63,694 nucleotides of DNA, taken from NCBI GenBank assembly GCA_033762295.1, contig JANRLW010000073.1, positions 1-63,694 on the forward strand, in the 5' to 3' direction. This DNA is from Capsulimonadales bacterium (lineage in GTDB: Bacteria > Armatimonadota > Armatimonadia > Armatimonadales > Armatimonadaceae). The translations under genes were made by a program, and so were the position numbers. Below are positions 56,870-63,694 of the stretch, piece by piece. Position 1 is the stretch's first letter, and each line of letters begins with the position of its first letter. The notes beneath the pieces are model-generated. The model was given only the letters and a program-made list of their open reading frames with translations. It ran no database searches and was not told the origin of the DNA.

Positions 56870-57997
56870 ATGCCTGACGAAGTCATCGGGGACAAAGAGG
56901 TTTTGAAATTCGGCGTGATCGGCTGCGGAGGCATCGGTCCCACCCACTGCGGCGCGATCGTTCGAACGCGCGGCGCGGCCCTGGTCGCCGTCGCCGATCT
57001 CCTCCAGGAACGCGCCCGGAGCGTCGCCGAAAAATTCGATGTCCCCCTGGTCTACGACCGCGATACCACGCTTCTCGAAAACCCCGACATCGACGTCGTC
57101 TGCCTCTGCACACCCTCCGGAATGCACGCCGACGGCGCGGTGCTGGCCCTGCGCGCCGGAAAACACGTCATCGCCGAAAAACCGATGGACGTCTCGCTCG
57201 CCGCCTGCGACCGGATGATCCGCGTACGGCAGGAAACCGGCAAACTCCTGACCGTCATCAGTCAGCACCGGTTCGATACCGCCGCAAAGATCGTCAAGGA
57301 AGCGGTCGACACCGGCAAACTCGGAAGGATCGTCCTCGCCAACGCCACCGTTCCCTGGTATCGCACCCAGGCATACTACGATTCCGGCGACTGGCGGGGC
57401 ACCTGGGAGATGGATGGCGGCGGCGCGTTGATGAATCAGGGGGTCCATACCGTCGACCTGCTGCAATGGCTCGTCAGCGGGCAGGGGCGCGTCACCCAGG
57501 TTTTCGGACAGACCCGGACCGCCGCCCACGAACGTATCGAAGTCGAGGACGTCGCGGCCGCCACGCTGACCTTTGCCGGCGGGGCTATCGGCAACCTGAG
57601 CGCCACAACCGCCGCCTACGACGGGTTTCCGGTCCGGATCGAGATCTACGGGACCGAAGGCAGCGCCGTACTCGAAGGTGACCGACTTCGCTTCATCCGA
57701 CTCTCGACCGGTGAAGCGTTCCAGACCGAGGAGGCGGCCTCTCATGCCCTGTCCGTCGCACGGGGCGGAACCGCCTCGGTGCGCGAGGAAACGGTCACCC
57801 GAATCGGCCCGGCGCATTCCGCCCCGGTCGGCGCGGTCTGGGGCGACGCTCACCAGGCACAGATCGAGGATTTCTGTCAGGCCATCCGCACCGGCGGAAC
57901 CCCGGCCATCGACGGACCCGCCGCGCGCATTCCGGTCGAGATCATTCTGAGCGTTTACCGGTCGGCCCGCTCCGGTTTCCCGGTTCCCCTGCCCTGA
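56870..57997 (+). CDS. Gfo/Idh/MocA family oxidoreductase
   Basis: IGCGGIG, AGKHVIAEKP, WRGTWEMDGGGALMNQGVHTVD. Confidence 0.93.
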   Translation: MPDEVIGDKEVLKFGVIGCGGIGPTHCGAIVRTRGAALVAVADLLQERARSVAEKFDVPLVYDRDTTLLENPDIDVVCLCTPSGMHADGAVLALRAGKHVIAEKPMDVSLAACDRMIRVRQETGKLLTVISQHRFDTAAKIVKEAVDTGKLGRIVLANATVPWYRTQAYYDSGDWRGTWEMDGGGALMNQGVHTVDLLQWLVSGQGRVTQVFGQTRTAAHERIEVEDVAAATLTFAGGAIGNLSATTAAYDGFPVRIEIYGTEGSAVLEGDRLRFIRLSTGEAFQTEEAASHALSVARGGTASVREETVTRIGPAHSAPVGAVWGDAHQAQIEDFCQAIRTGGTPAIDGPAARIPVEIILSVYRSARSGFPVPLP

Positions 57998-58030
57998 ATA
58001 CCGTACGATACGGTACAATACGGACCGCGC

Positions 58031-59269
58031 ATGGCATCCTCCAGGGAAACCAAACTTCGTATCGCCGGATCGGTCCTGCTGGCGTTCGGATTCGTTGACG
58101 CCGTCCTTGGCCGATGTATGGCGGAGTTCCGCCACACCCCGGCAACCGGCCCGGCGACCGACCCGTGCCCCGATCACACGGTTCTCGTCGGCGCGCTTCA
58201 CGTCCACTCCACCTACTCGGACGGCGGCGGCGATATTCCCACCGTCATGGAAGCGGCCCGAACCGCCGGCGTCGATTTCGTCCTTCTGACCGACCACAAC
58301 ACGCAAAAACCCCGACGCGACGGATGGGAGGACAGGTACCCCGCACCGCCCTTTCTCCTGATCGGTACCGAGATCACCGTCGAGGAAGGCGCGTTTCTGC
58401 TCGCCCTGGATATGCCGCCGGAATGGGAACCGACGAAGCATCGACCGCCGCAGGAGACCATCGACGAGGTCAACCGACATGGCGGACTCCCCCTGATCTC
58501 CCTGCCGTTCGATGTCAAGCACCCCTGGCGCGAATGGGAGGTTCAGGGGTGCGTGGGGCTGGAAGTCGTCAACCTGAGCACCGTCGCCCGCCGACATATC
58601 AATATTCCCTCGTTGCTCTGGCTGCTTCCCCTTTATCGGAGAGGGGGCGCTCCCGCCGCCCTGCGCGCCCTGCTCACGCGCCCGGACGCGGCCCTGGAAC
58701 GATGGGACCGGCTTACCGGCGACGGTCGACCGAGCGTCGGCATCGGCGCGCTCGACGCCCACGCCCTGATGAAAATCGGCAAGCGGAAGTACCCCATCCC
58801 CTCCTATGCCGATTCCCTCGGCGTCGTGACCACCCACGTTCTCCTTCCCGCCGGACTCGGCGACCACCTCCCCTCCCTTCGCGCCGCCATCTACGACGCG
58901 CTTCGCCGGGGACGCTGTTATATCGCCTATGACGCCCTCGGCGACCCGCGTCCCTTCCGTTTCTTCGCCGACAATGGCACGGATGTTGCGGAAATGGGAG
59001 GGCGATTGACGGCGACGAACGGACCGGTCACCCTGATCGCGCGCAGTCGGCCGGGGACATTGCTTCGCCTCTACCATCGGGGCAGAGCCGTGGCCGCCGG
59101 ACGGGAAAGCGTGAGTTATCGGGCGACGACCTCCGGCGCCTATCGGGTCGAGGTCTATCGCTACGCCGCGCGTCTGGGACCGATCCATATCGATACCCGT
59201 CCCTGGGTCTTTTCCAATCCGATCTACATCGACGGCCTGCCGGAAACCGACGCCGCTCCCACGGCCTAA
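58031..59269 (+). CDS. PHP-domain metallohydrolase (CehA/McbA-like)
   Basis: LHVHSTYSDG, LTDHN, GTE, LDAH, WVFSNPI. Confidence 0.85.
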   Translation: MASSRETKLRIAGSVLLAFGFVDAVLGRCMAEFRHTPATGPATDPCPDHTVLVGALHVHSTYSDGGGDIPTVMEAARTAGVDFVLLTDHNTQKPRRDGWEDRYPAPPFLLIGTEITVEEGAFLLALDMPPEWEPTKHRPPQETIDEVNRHGGLPLISLPFDVKHPWREWEVQGCVGLEVVNLSTVARRHINIPSLLWLLPLYRRGGAPAALRALLTRPDAALERWDRLTGDGRPSVGIGALDAHALMKIGKRKYPIPSYADSLGVVTTHVLLPAGLGDHLPSLRAAIYDALRRGRCYIAYDALGDPRPFRFFADNGTDVAEMGGRLTATNGPVTLIARSRPGTLLRLYHRGRAVAAGRESVSYRATTSGAYRVEVYRYAARLGPIHIDTRPWVFSNPIYIDGLPETDAAPTA

Positions 59270-59275
59270 GGAATC

Positions 59276-59301
59276 AAAAAAATCCTCCATTCCGCGGAGG
59301 A
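59276..59301. terminator. hairpin with A-run (minus-oriented terminator)
   Basis: AAAAAAA-TCCTCC-N7-GGAGGA. Confidence 0.5.
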
Positions 59302-59724
59302 AATAGAGCAATCATGCCGTATACTGTCGTGGCGTTGCGGAGACAGGGTCGATACCGGTGGCAGCCGACCGGGAAAGCCGGAACTTTTGCCGATCGCCGG
59401 TCGTTTATTATACCGGATTGCGATGCGATGAGGCAGCCCATTCCGACCAACGTTTGCGTTTCGGGACGCTTTCCCGGCAGGATCAACAGGATCGAAGGTC
59501 CCAACAGGACCGGAAAAATGCGCCGCCTCACTCTCCGGGAGTTCCCCGGCGAATCAACTTGCGGCCCGATTCGGCAACGGATTCGAATATCTTCCACGGA
59601 TCGGCGTCAACGGACAGCGTTCGACGAAAACCGCCAGTCGCTCTATCCGCCGGACAGTCGGACAGGGAACGGGAGCATTACGATTGAGATTAGCTTGCCT
59701 GGTCAAAAGTGAGGAATCCGCACG

Positions 59725-60237
59725 GTGAAATCGGTTCAATCCTCGGACGAACAACTGCCGCAGGCCGCGGCAAAAACAACCGACGACAGGATGCCCGTCC
59801 CTGTCGCTTCGGCGGAACCGGCGCAGATACCGGTGACCGTCGATCTTTCCGGGGAAACCGGAACTCACGCCGAGTTTCGACCCATCACGGACCCGACCGG
59901 CGATACCCTCGGACCGGAGAATACGGCCGCGGTCGTACGAACGGCGCGGCCTCTCGTCGGACTCCCCTCCCTGGCCGATGCCGTCAAATCCGTGCGCGGC
60001 GAAAAAATGCTGACCTTCGATCTTCACCCGCTCTATGGCTCCATCCTTCAGGACGGAGCGCAGATTCGACGCGGAGAAGTCCTCGGACTCGATGGCGACC
60101 TGCGACGCGTTCTCGTCGCGCCGTTCGACGGAATCATCCGCCTGCTCGTGACCGGCACCGGGAACGAACGCCGGGTACGCGTCTATCTCTCCGAACACCG
60201 GGAACGACGGGAAACCTTCGCGGCCGGACGGCGGTAA
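59725..60237 (+). CDS. hypothetical protein
   Basis: Genome-typical codon usage; DGAQIRRGEVLG...APFDGII; start uncertain (GTG 59725 or ATG 59791). Confidence 0.65.
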   Translation: MKSVQSSDEQLPQAAAKTTDDRMPVPVASAEPAQIPVTVDLSGETGTHAEFRPITDPTGDTLGPENTAAVVRTARPLVGLPSLADAVKSVRGEKMLTFDLHPLYGSILQDGAQIRRGEVLGLDGDLRRVLVAPFDGIIRLLVTGTGNERRVRVYLSEHRERRETFAAGRR

Positions 60238-60311
60238 TCCGTCAGATATGTGGAAATAATTAACCTATTCCCGGTATACTGAGGAGAATAAAACTGAGCA
60301 AGGAGCCCTCT

Positions 60312-62447
60312 TTGCAGATTTCCGGTTCATTCGCCGCCGGGCGAACCCTCGCCCTCCTCACCTTCCTTCTTCTCCTCGCTCACCCCGGAGTCCGCGCCGA
60401 CTTCTCCTTCGTACATCTCACGGACACCCACGTCACTGCGCGCCAGACCGCCGACTCCCCCGCCGCGAAGGATCGCGCGCTCCTCCTCGAAATCGCACAG
60501 CGAACCCCCCGCCCCCGATTCGCCGTCCTGACCGGGGACGTCTGCGAAGCGGGCACTCCCGAGGAGTTCGCCGCCTTCCGCGCACTGCGCGACCGATTCC
60601 CGGTCCGCCTCTACGTCGCTCCCGGAAACCACGACGTCCGCTGGAACCCTCAGGGCAAGACCGGCTTCGAAAAGGGGACCGGCCAGCCGCTCTATCAGTC
60701 CTGGGACCATGAAAACGTCCACTTCGTACTGCTGGACAGCACCGTGCTCCTGCAGCACTGGGGCCATTTCGGGCGGAAACAACTCGACTGGCTGGCGAAC
60801 GATCTGAAGAAGGTCGGACGACGAAAGCCCGTCATCATCGGCTTCCATCACTTCCTCTACCGACCCGGCGACGCCCAGATCGATAATGCCGACGCCCTCC
60901 GGAAGGTGATCGAACCCTACAACGTCCGCCTGTTTCTGATCGGCCACGGACACAGCGATATCGAATGGAGTATCGACGGCATTCCCGCCATCATGGCCAG
61001 AGGACTGTACCAGGGTTCCTACCATCTGATTCGCGTGACCGGCGACCGGCTCACCGTCTACCGACGCACCGAGAAGACCCCCGAACCGACCGTCCCGATA
61101 CTGACCGTTCCGCTGGAACCGGTCAAACAACCCCGGCGCGAAGCGTCCGTATCCGTCCGCGACAACATCGGCACGGTTCGCCTCAAACGCGGCGAACTCC
61201 CCTCCGACGCCGTCAGCGCGTTCCGCGTCAACTCCGGTGAGGAAATCGCCATGGAACCCACCGCCGACGGCTTCGAAGGCAGGTTCCGGCTCGTTTCCGC
61301 AACACCGGGACACCACACCGTCACCATCACCACCACCCTTCCGGACCAACGCGCCTATCAAACCGTCCTGCCTTTGCGCCTGGAGAGCGGCGAGACGGCG
61401 CGCCGCACCGGCGCACGGGAGGTGATCCGCCCCCGGTGGACTTTCGATGTCGGCGGCGAGGTGCAGGGGAAAATCGCCCTGTCCGACAATACCCTCTACG
61501 TTCCGACGATGAGCGGTGACCTGGTCGCTCTCCGAACCGACACCGGCCGGGAACGCTGGCGTTTTCGTACCGGAGGCCCGATCTTCTCCACCCCTCTCGT
61601 CACCGGGAATACCGTGATCTTCGGCTCCGTCGACGGATCGGTTTACGCCCTGGATACGGCGACCGGCAAACTGCGCTGGCGCGCCCGGACCGGCGGACCG
61701 GTCTTCGCCGGAGCCGCCGTCGCCGGGCAGGTCGTCTGTATCGCCTCCTCCGACGCCAAAATCTACGGCCTCGATCTGCGCGACGGACGTATCCTTCGGA
61801 CCGTCCCGGTCGGCGGCCTCTATCAGAGCCAGGCCGCCACCGACGGAACCCGGTTCTTTCTCGGAGGCTGGGATAACGCCTTCCGCTGTCTGGATGCCGC
61901 CACCGGTCAGGAGATCTGGCAACAGAAATTCGGTCGGAACGCGCGCGGCGATCTGCTCTTCTACTATGCCCCGGCCATCGGTTCCCCCGCCGTCGGTGAC
62001 GGCCGTGTCTATGTCACCAGCAACGACGGATGGCTGCACGCGATGGACGCCGCCAGCGGAAACGTCCTCTGGGAGGTCCGCGGCCCCTCCCTCGGATACG
62101 GCAGTCCGCTCCTTCACCAGGGACGGATTTACGGTCCTTCCCTCACTCCCCAGGGACGCGTTTTCTGCTTCGATGCCGGCGACGGCAAAAAAATCTGGGA
62201 ACAGCCGACCGGCTCCGTCATCTATGACTCCTCCTGCGCCTTCGGCGGCGGGAATATCTATGTCGGCGGCGTCGACGGGACGTTCAGCGCGCTGCGCGCC
62301 GACGATGGCAGCGTCCTCTGGCAGTACCGGCTTTCCCCCGGTCATCTCCTCTCCTCCCCGGTCACCGACGACCACTCCGTTTATATCGGCTCGCTGAGCG
62401 GCGAAGTCAGCGCCTTCCCCCTGACCCTTCCGCCGGGAAAAATCTGA
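60312..62447 (+). CDS. exported calcineurin-like metallophosphoesterase with PQQ-like (BamB-type) beta-propeller
   Basis: DTH, TGD, PGNHD, HH and GHGH motifs; repeated G..DG.VYALD...G...W blades; TTG start with AAGGAG SD. Confidence 0.9.
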   Translation: MQISGSFAAGRTLALLTFLLLLAHPGVRADFSFVHLTDTHVTARQTADSPAAKDRALLLEIAQRTPRPRFAVLTGDVCEAGTPEEFAAFRALRDRFPVRLYVAPGNHDVRWNPQGKTGFEKGTGQPLYQSWDHENVHFVLLDSTVLLQHWGHFGRKQLDWLANDLKKVGRRKPVIIGFHHFLYRPGDAQIDNADALRKVIEPYNVRLFLIGHGHSDIEWSIDGIPAIMARGLYQGSYHLIRVTGDRLTVYRRTEKTPEPTVPILTVPLEPVKQPRREASVSVRDNIGTVRLKRGELPSDAVSAFRVNSGEEIAMEPTADGFEGRFRLVSATPGHHTVTITTTLPDQRAYQTVLPLRLESGETARRTGAREVIRPRWTFDVGGEVQGKIALSDNTLYVPTMSGDLVALRTDTGRERWRFRTGGPIFSTPLVTGNTVIFGSVDGSVYALDTATGKLRWRARTGGPVFAGAAVAGQVVCIASSDAKIYGLDLRDGRILRTVPVGGLYQSQAATDGTRFFLGGWDNAFRCLDAATGQEIWQQKFGRNARGDLLFYYAPAIGSPAVGDGRVYVTSNDGWLHAMDAASGNVLWEVRGPSLGYGSPLLHQGRIYGPSLTPQGRVFCFDAGDGKKIWEQPTGSVIYDSSCAFGGGNIYVGGVDGTFSALRADDGSVLWQYRLSPGHLLSSPVTDDHSVYIGSLSGEVSAFPLTLPPGKI

Positions 62448-62553
62448 GAATCTCGCCGGAAATTTAACTTTCGCTTAACACGCCGGACCGACAAAATAAG
62501 TAGAATATCAATGTATCGAAAAGAAAAACAACTTCGAAGGATTGAGGCATCCG

Positions 62554-62913
62554 GTGTCCGACGATAAGGGACTACTTCGAAATAACGCCACCATTCTCGT
62601 GTTATCCGTTCTGCGTGACGGCGCGCGCCACGGGTACGATATCGCGCGCGAAGTGGAACGGCGCAGTCAGAATACGTTGACCTTCAAGCACGGCACGCTG
62701 TACCCCGTGCTGCACGCCCTGGAAAAGGACGGCCTGATCACCAGTGCGTGGGAACAGCCGACCGGCGAACGCGCCAAGCGGGTCTACCAGTTGACCGAAG
62801 CCGGGTCGCAGGAACTCGAACGGTGCGTCGCCACCTGGGAGACGTTCGCCCGTGCGATGAACCGTGTCATCCGTCTCCACCCGCTCGGCGAGGAGCGGCC
62901 GAGCGAAACGTAG
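62554..62913 (+). CDS. PadR family transcriptional regulator
   Basis: HGYDIAREV, GTLYPVLHALEKDGLI, KRVYQLTEAG; start GTG 62554 or TTG 62542. Confidence 0.93.
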   Translation: MSDDKGLLRNNATILVLSVLRDGARHGYDIAREVERRSQNTLTFKHGTLYPVLHALEKDGLITSAWEQPTGERAKRVYQLTEAGSQELERCVATWETFARAMNRVIRLHPLGEERPSET

Positions 62914-62970
62914 CCGGTCCGGAGAGTCGGCGATCCCGGTCGAAATCGCCGAGGGACAGGAGAATGAGGC

Positions 62971-63694
62971 ATGTCGGTCGTTCGATGGAATGTGGCGGAA
63001 CGGAACCCCGGACCGGCGACCCTCCCGGTGTTACAGCCGGATGAAGTGATCGCCGATTACCTGGATCACCTCTGCGCTCCCCTGGTCGGCGTGGTTCCCT
63101 TCGACGAGCGGAACCGACTTCGCGAGGAAGCCGCCTACCATATCGACCGCCTGATGAACACCTATCTTCTGGAAGGACTCGCCCCGGACGCCGCCGCTCA
63201 GGAAGCCGTTCGTCGCTACGGCGGTTCGCAGGAGGTCGGATACCAGTTCCTCGAAGCCTGGTTCACCCATCAACCGCAGGGGCCGGTCGCCCGTCGCCTC
63301 GGTCTTGCCAATCTTCGCGCCCTCACCTACTTCGGAACCGCCACCCTGCTGGTCACCCTGCTCGTACAATTGCGCGTCTACCTGCCCAACCCGGACCCCC
63401 TCACCTTCGGACTGTCGCTCGCCCAGGTCCGGCAGGTCCTGCCCGAACCGCTCCCCCTGCCCGACGCCTCGCCCCTCTCGATTCTCCTCGCAGGGACCAC
63501 TCTCTGCGCTCCGTTCGTCGCCGGAACGTTGACCGGCATGGCCGTCCCCGTCGCGCCCGGACGCGCCGTCTATCAGGTGCAAACCGTCCTCACACTGTAC
63601 ACGTTCGTCCTCGGCGTCCAGATGCTCCCGACCCGCGAAGGCATCCTCCTCGGGCTGATCCAGCTCTTCTTCTGGCTGCCCGTCGGTTGCCTGT
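62971..63694 (+). CDS. PadR-associated membrane protein with HAAS/permease-prefix-like domain (runs off the window; absent from the ORF track)
   Basis: Open frame from ATG 62971: IADYLDHLCAPL...REEAAYHI...GLAPDAAAQEAVRRYG, then several TM helices. Confidence 0.8.
   Translation, partial: MSVVRWNVAERNPGPATLPVLQPDEVIADYLDHLCAPLVGVVPFDERNRLREEAAYHIDRLMNTYLLEGLAPDAAAQEAVRRYGGSQEVGYQFLEAWFTHQPQGPVARRLGLANLRALTYFGTATLLVTLLVQLRVYLPNPDPLTFGLSLAQVRQVLPEPLPLPDASPLSILLAGTTLCAPFVAGTLTGMAVPVAPGRAVYQVQTVLTLYTFVLGVQMLPTREGILLGLIQLFFWLPVGCL

Overview
GC-rich bacterial chromosomal window with about 55 CDS and four minus-strand tRNAs (Phe-GAA, Asp-GTC, Val-TAC, Asn-GTT; none encodes a full CCA). Gene content is reminiscent of Armatimonadota, but this is unverified. 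Housekeeping genes (nadE, a sigma-70 factor, RNase E/G, panD, dsbD, Fur/PerR, radA, galE, pilT, pilB) are interspersed with many carbohydrate enzymes (GH88, GH13-like, GH16, GH140/DUF4038-like, three Gfo/Idh/MocA). Accessory or conflict modules: an 831-bp integrase-less islet in tRNA-Phe carrying a HicB-like antitoxin plus PIN toxin; darTG beside tRNA-Asn; and a vWA-PP2C-kinase (TerY-P-like) triad converging on a membrane-anchored AAA_35 NTPase-WD40-CBM protein. Least expected signal: a signal-peptide, Pro-rich leader ORF with an RAPP ribosome-arrest motif whose codons pair with the ribosome-binding region of a small membrane protein/CPA2 antiporter operon. Also seen: a 7-codon uORF coupled to the sigma factor, a long structured pilB leader, a circularly permuted DinB protein and an esterase deletion scar. 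All family calls come from motif recognition by eye; no database searches were run.
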